Assembly: GCA_001941045.1 (NCBI GenBank)
Contig: MSHD01000030.1
Location: 19,528 to 83,527 of the forward strand
Source: Lachnospiraceae bacterium Zagget2
GTDB lineage: Bacteria; Bacillota; Clostridia; Lachnospirales; Lachnospiraceae
Direction of reading: 5' to 3'
Length of the DNA: 64,000 nt
Shown: positions 1-8,563 of the stretch, one piece after another
Layout of the letters: each line of letters starts with the position of its first letter
Numbering within the stretch: position 1 is the first letter of the stretch
Position numbers and translations under genes: made by a program
Notes under the pieces: model-generated
What the model was told of the DNA's origin: nothing
What the model saw: only the letters and a program-made list of their open reading frames with translations
Database searches by the model: none

Positions 1-590
1 ATTTTTCCAGTTGTGACTCCACTGATCTGTACGCGAGCCTGCGAGGCCGCCGCGGAATCTCCCGCCGCCAGCACAAAGCCGCCCGCACCGGTGACCGTCC
101 ATGTCGTAGAGAGCGGCCGCTGCCCCGCATATTCCAGGGGAAAACGAAATTCGCGCTCCGCGCTCGCAAAATGGCTCGATGTCAGCGCCATTGCGCAGTC
201 CGCAAAGCCGCCGCCCACCGCCATCGCCGCGAGGGAAAGACTCTCCCCGCAGGTGGAGCAGGCTCCGTAAAGTCCGAACAACGGAATCTGCAGTTCCATA
301 ATCCCATAGGAGGTCGCGATCCCCTGCGCGAGCAGGTCGCCCGCAAACAGATAGCGCAGCTGTTCCTCGTTCATACCGGATTTTTCCATCGCTTTCCGCG
401 CCGTGCGAAGCTGCAGCTCGCTCTCCGCCTCCTCCCAGGTGTCTTTCCCGAATTTTGGATCCGTCTCGATGCAGTCAAAGAGGTGCCCGAGCGGTCCCTC
501 GCCCTCCTTTTCCCCGACAATCGAAGCCGTTCCGAGGAAACGGGGCGGCTTATCAAACAGGATGCTTGCTCTTCCTGAACTCTGTGCCAT
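1..590 (-). CDS. spoVAD: Stage V sporulation protein AD (runs off window edge)
   Basis: Manual translation from ATG 590: MAQSSGRASILFDKPPRFLGTASIVGEKEGEGPLG...FAGDLLAQ...GLYGACST...TSSHFASAEREFRFPLEYAGQRP..TWTVTGAG; RBS AAGGAG upstream. Not in the ORF track because it has no stop in the window. Confidence 0.93.
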   Translation of the reverse strand, partial: MAQSSGRASILFDKPPRFLGTASIVGEKEGEGPLGHLFDCIETDPKFGKDTWEEAESELQLRTARKAMEKSGMNEEQLRYLFAGDLLAQGIATSYGIMELQIPLFGLYGACSTCGESLSLAAMAVGGGFADCAMALTSSHFASAEREFRFPLEYAGQRPLSTTWTVTGAGGFVLAAGDSAAASQARVQISGVTTGK

Positions 591-671
591 GACAATCATC
601 TCCTTCTTATATAATCCTGGAGATAGTTTTCGTTTTAAACTGTAAATTATTCTGAAATTTCTTCTTTCTCC

Positions 672-700
672 GCATAAAATTTTTCACGGCGGATATGCTA
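672..700 (+). promoter_or_regulatory. Possible forespore (sigF/sigG-type) promoter for spoVAC
   Basis: GCATA(672-676)...GGATATGCTA(691-700) resembles Bacillus sigF/sigG -35/-10 elements, but spacing is imperfect. GCATA-N17-TATGC is also a dyad. Confidence 0.3.
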
Positions 701-728
701 TTTTCATTATAAGTAAAAGGAGCGCGCC

Positions 729-1190
729 ATGAAACCAAACGAAGAGCAAAAACAGGAATATCAAGAATATGTGAAGCAGGTGACGCCGACGCACAGCCTC
801 CCAAAGGAGATGCTGAAGGCTTTCCTGCTCGGCGGCCTGATCTGCACGCTTGGGCAGCTGATCGTAAACACCGGCATAAGCATGGGACTTGACAAAGACA
901 CAGCGAAAACCTGGTGCTCCATCCTGCTGGTTTTCTTAAGCGTCCTGCTGACCGGTCTTAACATCTACCCGTCAATCGCCAAATGGGGCGGCGCAGGAGC
1001 ACTCGTACCGATCACCGGCTTCGCCAACGGTGTGGCTTCATCGGCCATCGAATACAAGAAGGAAGGGCAGGTCTTCGGTATCGGAAGCAAGATCTTCTCG
1101 ATCGCGGGTCCGGTTATCCTCTACGGCATCTTTACAAGCTGGGTGCTCGGACTGATCTACTGGGCACTGAAGACCTTCGGCGTTATATGA
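729..1190 (+). CDS. spoVAC: Stage V sporulation protein AC (SpoVAC/SpoVAEb family)
   Basis: AFLLGGLICTLGQ and GAGALVPITGFAN...EGQVFGIGSKIFSIAGPVILYG motifs; RBS AAGGAG. Confidence 0.92.
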   Translation: MKPNEEQKQEYQEYVKQVTPTHSLPKEMLKAFLLGGLICTLGQLIVNTGISMGLDKDTAKTWCSILLVFLSVLLTGLNIYPSIAKWGGAGALVPITGFANGVASSAIEYKKEGQVFGIGSKIFSIAGPVILYGIFTSWVLGLIYWALKTFGVI

Positions 1191-1251
1191 ACGGTCGTTT
1201 GCCCTGTACAGGAAAACATGGTAGAATGAGGCCATTAAAGGAGATTCCGCC

Positions 1252-3099
1252 ATGCTCTTACAGATTCAGGACGGGACGCTCAGCGTTGGTGGACAAACGC
1301 TGCTCGCCCACTTTGATTTTGAAATAAAAGGAAATGAAAAGATTGCCATCGTGGGGCCAAATGGCTGCGGGAAAACGAGCTTTCTGCGACTGCTCTCCGG
1401 TGAGCTCGATCTTGACCGCGACGACCACTGCCGGACGCCGGGGCTTCGCACGTCGCGTGCGCTCACCGTGGAAATGCTGCGGCAAAACGCCTTTTCTGAT
1501 ACCAGCCTTACTGTGGAGCAGCTTCTCACAGATGCCTGCCCCTGCAAGGGCCACTGGGACCTGGAGCGCTTCAGCTGGGAAACAGAATATGACCGCATTT
1601 TCACCGGCTTCGGTTTCGACAAATCCGACAGAGAGAAGCGTCTTTCAGAGTTCTCAGGCGGCGAGCAGACCAAAATTGCACTGATCCGCCTCCTGCTGCT
1701 GCAGCCGGATATTCTGCTGCTCGACGAGCCGACGAACCACCTCGATATGGAATCCGTCGAATGGCTCGAGGAGTATCTGCAAAGCTACCCAAAGGCCTTT
1801 GTCGTCGTCTCGCACGACCGCTTCTTTCTCGATCGGACCGCCACGGTGATCTACGACTTCCGGGAGCAGAGGATGTTCCGTTACGCGGGAAACTACAGCT
1901 CCTTCCGCGATCAGCGGACAAAGGAGCTCGCGCTGCGAAGAAAAGAATACGAGCGTCAGCAGGCGGAGATTCGCCGGGAGGAAGAGCTGATCGAACGCTT
2001 CCGCCACAAGCCGAACAAAGCCTCCTTCATCCGCTCCCGGAAAAAGCTGCTGGAACGAATGCCGCGGATGGAAAAACCCGCAGAGGACCGCGTACATAAC
2101 TTCACCGAAACGATTGACCCGCAGATGAGGAGCGCGAAATGGGTACTGGAAGCCGAAAAGCTGAAAATCGGCTACGAGCATGCGCTGCTCGAGATTAACC
2201 TGCGTATCCGCCGCGGGCAGAAGATCGGCGTCATCGGACCGAACGGAGCCGGAAAGTCCACCTTCCTGAAAACTGCTGCCGGACTGTTACCGCCGATAGC
2301 CGGGGGGCTCTTACTCGGACAGAATGTACTGATCGGCTACTTTGACCAGCAAAGCGCTGCACTCCGGTCCGATCTCAGCGTGATCGAACATTTTCAACAA
2401 TGTTTTCCGTCCATGACAGACAAGGACGCCCGCTCCGCTCTCGGCGCGTTTCTCTTTTCCGGACGGGAGACGGCGAAGAAAGTGTCTGTCCTCTCCGGCG
2501 GCGAGAAATCGCGCCTCGTGCTGGCCGAGCTCTTTACAGGACGTCCAAATTTTTTCATTCTCGACGAGCCGACCAATCATATGGATATTCCGGCGCGCGA
2601 AATACTTGAATCCGCTTTTCGCGCTTACACCGGGACGCTGCTCTTCGTCTCGCATGACCGCTATTTTATCCGGGAAGTTGCACAGTCGCTGCTGATCTTC
2701 GAGAATCAGGACGTCTACTACTATCCTTTCGACTATGAACACTATCTCGCTCATTGCAGGAAGGAAAGCGGGGCAGAATTATCCGCTGCGTTGCGCGCCG
2801 AGGATCAGGCGCTGCTCAGCGGTCTTAAGAGTGTGCCGAAAAAAGAACGGCACGAATCGCATCCGCTCACGACCGAACAGGCCTACGAAGACTGGCAGCT
2901 GCGGCTTGCAGAAGCACCGCTCGGGGAAATCCGCGCACAGCTCGCAGAGCTGTGGGAAGGCAAAGATCTTCTTCAGGAATGGACAGACCCTGCCTGCGCC
3001 AGGGAATGGAATGCGAGAGAAGCCGACTTAAACAGCATTTACACAGAACGCTGCCTTGCATGGTATGAAAAATGGGCTGAGTTTCACCCAAATCCATAG
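1252..3099 (+). CDS. ABC-F family ATPase
   Basis: Two ABC cassettes (GPNGCGKT/FSGGEQTK/LLLDEPTNHLD and GPNGAGKST/LSGGEKSR/ILDEPTNHMD), coiled linker, no TM segments. Confidence 0.92.
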   Translation: MLLQIQDGTLSVGGQTLLAHFDFEIKGNEKIAIVGPNGCGKTSFLRLLSGELDLDRDDHCRTPGLRTSRALTVEMLRQNAFSDTSLTVEQLLTDACPCKGHWDLERFSWETEYDRIFTGFGFDKSDREKRLSEFSGGEQTKIALIRLLLLQPDILLLDEPTNHLDMESVEWLEEYLQSYPKAFVVVSHDRFFLDRTATVIYDFREQRMFRYAGNYSSFRDQRTKELALRRKEYERQQAEIRREEELIERFRHKPNKASFIRSRKKLLERMPRMEKPAEDRVHNFTETIDPQMRSAKWVLEAEKLKIGYEHALLEINLRIRRGQKIGVIGPNGAGKSTFLKTAAGLLPPIAGGLLLGQNVLIGYFDQQSAALRSDLSVIEHFQQCFPSMTDKDARSALGAFLFSGRETAKKVSVLSGGEKSRLVLAELFTGRPNFFILDEPTNHMDIPAREILESAFRAYTGTLLFVSHDRYFIREVAQSLLIFENQDVYYYPFDYEHYLAHCRKESGAELSAALRAEDQALLSGLKSVPKKERHESHPLTTEQAYEDWQLRLAEAPLGEIRAQLAELWEGKDLLQEWTDPACAREWNAREADLNSIYTERCLAWYEKWAEFHPNP

Positions 3100-3506
3100 C
3101 GGGCATGCAGGAACGCCCCCACTGTCCGTCCGAGCGCCATGGCGAGAATGATCCACGACATTCCCCTTTTTAGCCGTATCCTTCTGCTGAAGACCGGTAT
3201 CACCTCCACGATCTCCGTCAGAGCCATTGCCCACGCGCCGGTGAATACGCCGGAGAAAAGACCGAATACCGCCGCCCCGGCGGAGCCCACCGGAATCCGG
3301 AACTGACAGATGCTGAACAGATTCCCGAGAATTCCACCCAGAGCCGCCGCATCCTCATACCAGAATACATATTTTGCCGTATGCGTCTTTCCGGCAAAGC
3401 GTGAAATCACCCCGAGCGCGATCAGGAAGGCAAACATACCGCCTGCCACGGCAAAGCCCGCAGAAAGGCCCAGTATCCCGAGGAAAATCCGCGTGCTAAT
3501 CGACAT
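3084..3506 (-). CDS. spoVAB: Stage V sporulation protein AB
   Basis: Hydrophobic 140 aa with LGVISRFA and GAWAMALTEIVEVIPVFSRR; follows spoVAA. Confidence 0.88.
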   Translation of the reverse strand: MSISTRIFLGILGLSAGFAVAGGMFAFLIALGVISRFAGKTHTAKYVFWYEDAAALGGILGNLFSICQFRIPVGSAGAAVFGLFSGVFTGAWAMALTEIVEVIPVFSRRIRLKRGMSWIILAMALGRTVGAFLHARYGFG

Positions 3507-4122
3507 CGATACTCGTCTCCTTCCGGTTGCAGCCCTCGACGAGCGTCGTATTCACATCATCCTCATAAGTACGCATCTGCACTTCAATCGGCGTCGGATC
3601 CTTCGTGATCCGTTTTCCCCCGAAATGATTATAGAAAATAAGGACGCCGGCGGCAATGCCGATGGAATAGGTCAGCTCCAGTACCGTAAAACCGTCTGAA
3701 GGCTGCCCGGTGAGCAGCTCATAGGTGCGCGTAAAGACCTCTGCCACGCCGACGTCGTTATTGAAGGTCATGATCGAAAAGGCAGAGCCGAAGAAAATCA
3801 ACAGGCATATCAGCATGGCCTTAAGCCAGCTCCATCTGTCCTTCGCATAGTCCGGCGATTCATACTCGATGATAAAATCGGACTCGCCCAGATTCTGTAT
3901 CTCCAGATTTGGGTAAACCATGTGAATCAGTTCAATGACCTTCATCACTGAAAAAATATAGCGGTCCGTCTTCTGCGCCTGTATTTTCAGAAGCTTCAAA
4001 CTCTTCAGCCGCGCCTTCACAGCGCTGTCCGTACACTCCAGCTTTGCCACGTCGCCCAGCCGCACCTCCGCGTGGTCCACCTGCACGTTTCGTTCGATCT
4101 TCATATAGAGAATATCGCTCAT
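3496..4122 (-). CDS. spoVAA: Stage V sporulation protein AA
   Basis: FFGSAFSIMTFNNDV, YSIGIAAGVLIFYNHFG and DPTPIEVQMRTYEDD motifs; downstream of sigF. Confidence 0.9.
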   Translation of the reverse strand: MSDILYMKIERNVQVDHAEVRLGDVAKLECTDSAVKARLKSLKLLKIQAQKTDRYIFSVMKVIELIHMVYPNLEIQNLGESDFIIEYESPDYAKDRWSWLKAMLICLLIFFGSAFSIMTFNNDVGVAEVFTRTYELLTGQPSDGFTVLELTYSIGIAAGVLIFYNHFGGKRITKDPTPIEVQMRTYEDDVNTTLVEGCNRKETSIDVD

Positions 4123-4168
4123 GGATTCCGCCCTCCGCTCTTTTCAGTATGCGCAGTGGGCACTGTTT

Positions 4169-4903
4169 TTATGCGGATTCTCCGGTGAGCTGCTCCCGCA
4201 TGCGCCGCAGGATCTTCTTCTCCATCCGGCTCACCTGTACCTGTGACACGCCAAGAACCGCGGCTACCTCTGTCTGTGTCCGATCCTGCAGATAACGCAT
4301 GATAATGAGTTTTCGTTCCCGCTCAGGCAGATCCAGCAGCAGCTGTTCCAGCACAACCCGGTTCAGAAGCTGTTCTTTTTCTCCATCCTGAGGCTGACTC
4401 TCGATGCGGTCAAGCAGGCAGAGTTCGCTCCCATCTCTCTGCGGCGCAGTCCGGTAGATCGATTCCACCTCCATCCGAAACTCCATTGCCTGCACGGCCT
4501 CCTCCGCTGTAAGCCCGGTCAGTGCGGCGATCTCCTGAATGGTCGGATCGCGTCCTTTTTTCTGCCGGAAATCCTCCGTTTCCCGCCGGATCTTCCAGCT
4601 GTTTTCCTTCAGCGAGCGGCTCACCTTGACGATTCCGTCATCGCGCAGAAACCGCCGGATCTCCCCCGCAATCATCGGCACCGCATAGGTCGAGAACTTC
4701 ACCTCAAAGGAGGTGTCAAATTTATCTATGGCCTTGATCAACCCCATTGCGCCGATCTGAAAGAGATCCTCACTGTCTGTGCCACGACCCGCAAAGCGCC
4801 GGACGACACTCCATACAAGGCCCGTATTCTCTTCAACCAGTCGTTCTCTGGCGGTTTTATCCCCGTGGTGTGATCTCTCAATCAGTACCATCGTGTCTTC
4901 CAT
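4169..4903 (-). CDS. sigF: Sporulation sigma factor SigF
   Basis: GDKTARERLVEENTGLVWSVVRRF, DLFQIGAMGLIKAIDKFD, STYAVPMIAGEIRRFLRDDG; region 4 QTEVAAVLGVSQVQVSRMEK; third gene of spoIIA. Start reset to ATG 4903 (RBS GGAGG). Confidence 0.93.
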   Translation of the reverse strand: MEDTMVLIERSHHGDKTARERLVEENTGLVWSVVRRFAGRGTDSEDLFQIGAMGLIKAIDKFDTSFEVKFSTYAVPMIAGEIRRFLRDDGIVKVSRSLKENSWKIRRETEDFRQKKGRDPTIQEIAALTGLTAEEAVQAMEFRMEVESIYRTAPQRDGSELCLLDRIESQPQDGEKEQLLNRVVLEQLLLDLPERERKLIIMRYLQDRTQTEVAAVLGVSQVQVSRMEKKILRRMREQLTGESA

Positions 4904-4907
4904 CCGC

Positions 4908-5354
4908 TCATGAACCCTCCTGATGCTGCTCTCCCCGCCCCACACGTTTTTTCATGTGAATGGTTGTACCAAGCCCCGGTGCGGATTCCACACGGATCTC
5001 ATCCATGAACGCCTCCATGAACATGAATCCCAGGCCGGAACGCTCCAGATCAGGACGCGTTGTATACAGCGGCTCCATCGCCCGCTTCACATCGGGGATG
5101 CCGACGCCCTCGTCGTTCACCTGAATCTCCACAAGGTCCTCCTGAAGGCGTGCGCGGACCACAATGGTATGTACCTCTGACGGATATCCATGGATGATCG
5201 CGTTCGTGACCGCCTCCGACACAGCGGTGCGGATATCCGCCACTTCCTCCAGCGTCGGATTGAGCTGCGTCACAAAAGCCGCAACCGCAACCCGCGCAAA
5301 GGCCTCGTTTTCAGAGATGCTGTCAAATGCCAGCGTCATTTCATTTTTCATCAT
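4908..5354 (-). CDS. spoIIAB: Anti-sigma F factor
   Basis: SENEAFARVAVAAF, AVSEAVTNAIIHGY, DEGVGIPD, RSGLGFMFMEAFMD; start reset to MMKNEM. Confidence 0.95.
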   Translation of the reverse strand: MMKNEMTLAFDSISENEAFARVAVAAFVTQLNPTLEEVADIRTAVSEAVTNAIIHGYPSEVHTIVVRARLQEDLVEIQVNDEGVGIPDVKRAMEPLYTTRPDLERSGLGFMFMEAFMDEIRVESAPGLGTTIHMKKRVGRGEQHQEGS

Positions 5355-5664
5355 ACTCCTCCTTCTCCAGCCGGATATGCTGTTCAATACCGGACAACGC
5401 CAGTATCCGCCTGATCTGTTCATTCATATGGCTCACGAACATCCGCCCTTCCAGCGCCCGCATCATCCTGGCGCGCCCTAAGAGCAGTCCGATTCCGGCG
5501 CTGTCCATAAAAGCTGTCCCGGAGAAATCAAACTCCAGCTCCCAGATTGCCTCCGTCCGCAGCGCAGCATCCACACGACGCCGCACCTCCTCTGTGTAAT
5601 GATGATCCAGCTCCCGCGGCAAATGCACGATAAGCCGTCCTCCCCTTTTCTCCAGAATTCCCAT
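5341..5664 (-). CDS. spoIIAA: Anti-sigma F factor antagonist (STAS)
   Basis: ELDHH, FMDSAGIGLLLGR phospho-Ser motif; RBS AAAGGAG before ATG 5664. Confidence 0.92.
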   Translation of the reverse strand: MGILEKRGGRLIVHLPRELDHHYTEEVRRRVDAALRTEAIWELEFDFSGTAFMDSAGIGLLLGRARMMRALEGRMFVSHMNEQIRRILALSGIEQHIRLEKEEYDEK

Positions 5665-5685
5665 ATGCGCTCCTTTCATGATACA

Positions 5686-5718
5686 GAAAAAGGACGCCGT
5701 GCTCTTCGCACAGCGTCC
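5686..5718 (-). terminator. Intrinsic terminator-like hairpin after TPR gene
   Basis: Minus strand GGACGCTGTGC-GAAGA-GCACGGCGTCC followed by TTTTC. Confidence 0.6.
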
Positions 5719-5754
5719 CTTACCTCAGGGTATTTTTCTTTTGTATCTGCCGCT

Positions 5755-7110
5755 TTACAGGCTCTCGAGGAAAGCCTGTGAATCTGTCGCTTTCTGTGTA
5801 TTCGGGAACTCGGTGACTACTTTGCGGTAGTATATCTTCGCGTTCTCCGTGTCGCCGGATTTATGATAGGATCTGGCAAGGAAATACAGTGCATCCCCCT
5901 GCGTCGCATCGAGCTCGTAACACTTTTTCAGATCCTCGATCGCCGTTTCATAATCGCCGCTCTGGTAAGCCGCGTAACCGCTCGCATAGAGTGTGGATAC
6001 CGCCTCCGCGGCAAAATCCGCATACAGCACATCGTACAGGATCTGTCCGTCACTGTCAAGGGTGTCACGATCAACCTGTTCAATCAGCTCCAGCAGCGTC
6101 TCCGTATCCTCCGATGCATAGGCAGAGTAGGCGGCAAGCAGCGTCTCATAGCTCTCCAGCTTCTCCTGCGCCTCCTCCGATGCCTGGGCTGATGCCTCCG
6201 CCTCTTCCCGGAGCGAATTCAGCTCTGTCTCCATACTTTCGAGCGTAGCGGTCTTCGCGTCCAGCTGATCGCTGTACTCCGCGATGGCCTGATTCAGCTC
6301 GCTGCTCTGATTGCCCTCGATCGCCGGACGGATCAAAAATCCCATGACCGCCGCTCCGATCACAATTCCAATCAGCACATTCAGCACGGAATGAAGACCC
6401 GAATTGTCCTTGACGCCCACCGGCTGAATAATCGTCTCATTCCCGCTGACATAAGAGATCGAATCCCGCTGCTTCTCCTCCCTTGAAGAAGGCTTTTCCT
6501 CCCGCGCGTCCAGCTCCTGCAGATAGCGAAGCGCCCGGGTATTCGTACGGTCGACCTCGAGCACACGCTTTACCTCCGTCCGCGCTCTCGAAAAATTCTC
6601 CGCCTGAATGTAGAGAAGCGCAAGCAAAAGGTGTGCGTCCAGCAGGTGATAATTCACCGACAACACCTTCTTGAGCTGGATGATCGCGAGATCGTAGCTC
6701 CCCTGCTGACAGTAAAGCAGAGACTGATTGTATTTTCGGATCGTCGTGCCTATCCGCTCCAGCTCGGAGGGACTGTCCTCCACCGACTTGATGTAATCAT
6801 CCGCCGCATTTTTGCTTTTCTGATAGCTCCGGCTGATGATCCACTGGGTCAGCGCATCCACCACATCGCCCGTCTCAAAATAAATGAGCCCCAGAAGATT
6901 CCTCGCGTCCGTATTTTTCTTATTTATCTTCAGACTCTGGCGCAGCGAGACTGCCGCCCCCGTCAGATCGCGGACCCGCGCTTTCTCCAGGCCCTCGTTG
7001 TAATATCTGTTCGACATCTGCAGCATCTGGCGGTAGAGCTTTACATCCGCGCCACAATTTCCGCAGTAGTCCGTGTTCTTCAGAACCGCTCCGCAGTTAA
7101 AACACCTCAT
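5755..7110 (-). CDS. Zinc-ribbon + TPR membrane protein
   Basis: N-terminal CFNC...CGNC, TPR-like helices, one TM, coiled coil, C-terminal TPR (ALYFLARSYH...VVTEFPNT); start reset to MRCFNCG. Confidence 0.8.
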   Translation of the reverse strand: MRCFNCGAVLKNTDYCGNCGADVKLYRQMLQMSNRYYNEGLEKARVRDLTGAAVSLRQSLKINKKNTDARNLLGLIYFETGDVVDALTQWIISRSYQKSKNAADDYIKSVEDSPSELERIGTTIRKYNQSLLYCQQGSYDLAIIQLKKVLSVNYHLLDAHLLLALLYIQAENFSRARTEVKRVLEVDRTNTRALRYLQELDAREEKPSSREEKQRDSISYVSGNETIIQPVGVKDNSGLHSVLNVLIGIVIGAAVMGFLIRPAIEGNQSSELNQAIAEYSDQLDAKTATLESMETELNSLREEAEASAQASEEAQEKLESYETLLAAYSAYASEDTETLLELIEQVDRDTLDSDGQILYDVLYADFAAEAVSTLYASGYAAYQSGDYETAIEDLKKCYELDATQGDALYFLARSYHKSGDTENAKIYYRKVVTEFPNTQKATDSQAFLESL

Positions 7111-7126
7111 GGCTTCGCCTTTCCGG

Positions 7127-7267
7127 TCAATGCTCCTTGATCTCCTTGAGCATCTCATCGATCAGATCTGTCACATCCGACAGATTGTTCTTATATACGT
7201 TGTCCTCCACCTCGTCGATCTCCATACTCGGGTGAAATTTCTTTAACTCTTCCTCAAAATCAAGCAT
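7127..7267 (-). CDS. Small acidic protein (46 aa), missed by ORF track
   Basis: MLDFEEELKKFHPSMEIDEVEDNVYKNNLSDVTDLIDEMLKEIKEH; RBS AAGGAG; start overlaps folC stop by 8 nt and fills the folC-TPR gap. Confidence 0.7.
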   Translation of the reverse strand: MLDFEEELKKFHPSMEIDEVEDNVYKNNLSDVTDLIDEMLKEIKEH

Positions 7268-8561
7268 AATGATGACTCCTTATCAAACGCTTCAGGCTCC
7301 CGACCAGATAAAGGGATCCCACGCAAAACAGAATCCCGTCCCCTCTGCCACCGAGCGCCCGTTCAAACGCTTCCTCCACAGGCGGATATTCCAGCACCGG
7401 CCGATCCGTATACCTTCGGAACAGATCGCCAAGTTCATGTGCAGAAACCTTCCGATCAGACTCGACCTCCGTCACGATCACGCTCTGGAAATCGATACCT
7501 TCACAGATCTCGCGGATCATCCCCTCATAATCCTTTTCCTTCACACAGGAAAAGAGAAGGGAGACCTTCGTGTCCGCACCGAGCCTCCTCGCTGTCTTCA
7601 CAAACTCCTCTACCCCGGAGTCATTGTGCGCTCCGTCGAGGATCACACCCGGCAGCACAGTCTCCATACGACCCTGCCAGCGCATCCGCTTCATGCCGAG
7701 CCGAATATCCTCTTCCGTCAGCGAAAGATCCATGACCTTTGCCGCCGTCACCGCCTCGCAGGCGTTCATGACCTGATACTCGGCAACTGTGTCGATGGAA
7801 ATATCCATAGAATCATAATACCCAGTATGGATTGAAAAATCAATCGTTTTCTGGCTGTTCCCGAAAATTTTATACATATCCGGGCGGACAGCGTAGGCTC
7901 GCGCGTGCATTTCGGCCGCTTTCGCGCGAATTACCTCCGAGACGTCCGCGCGCGTGGCGTCGTAGACGACCGGACAGCCTTCCTTAATGATGCCGGCCTT
8001 TTCGCCCGCGATCGCGGCATATGTGTCGCCCAGATACTCCGTGTGCTCAAGACTGATCGAAGTGATCACGCTGACCAGCGGCTTTTCAATCGCGTTCGTC
8101 GCGTCGAAACGCCCGCCAAGACCGGTCTCCAGCACCAGGTATTCCACATCCGCCTTATCGAAAATCCGGATGCCCATCAGAAACAGCAGTTCAAAATAGG
8201 TCGGGTGCGCGAAGCTCTCCGGCCGCTCCTTAAGGAGCCCGCGCACCATGGTCATCACCGCCTCAAAGGCTTCGAGAAATTCTTCATCCGAGACATACTC
8301 CTCGTCGATGCAGAAGCGCTCATTGATCCTCTCCAGATGCGGCGAGGTGAAGAGCCCCACATGCTTTCCGGCCACGCGCAGAATGGATGAGAGATACGCG
8401 CAGACCGAACCCTTTCCATTTGAGCCCGCGACGTGGATCAGCTTCATCCGGCGTTCCGGATGCCCCATGCGCTCCAGCACCATCCGCGTGTTGTCCAGTG
8501 TGTTCTTTTTGGTGAATCTGGGCGTATCATTGATATACGCCTCTGCTTCTTCATAAGTCAT
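7260..8561 (-). CDS. folC: Folylpolyglutamate synthase/dihydrofolate synthase
   Basis: IHVAGSNGKGS, FTSPHLERINER, ETGLGGRFDATN, LDGAHN; directly after valS. Confidence 0.95.
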   Translation of the reverse strand: MTYEEAEAYINDTPRFTKKNTLDNTRMVLERMGHPERRMKLIHVAGSNGKGSVCAYLSSILRVAGKHVGLFTSPHLERINERFCIDEEYVSDEEFLEAFEAVMTMVRGLLKERPESFAHPTYFELLFLMGIRIFDKADVEYLVLETGLGGRFDATNAIEKPLVSVITSISLEHTEYLGDTYAAIAGEKAGIIKEGCPVVYDATRADVSEVIRAKAAEMHARAYAVRPDMYKIFGNSQKTIDFSIHTGYYDSMDISIDTVAEYQVMNACEAVTAAKVMDLSLTEEDIRLGMKRMRWQGRMETVLPGVILDGAHNDSGVEEFVKTARRLGADTKVSLLFSCVKEKDYEGMIREICEGIDFQSVIVTEVESDRKVSAHELGDLFRRYTDRPVLEYPPVEEAFERALGGRGDGILFCVGSLYLVGSLKRLIRSHHYA

Positions 8562-8563
8562 GC

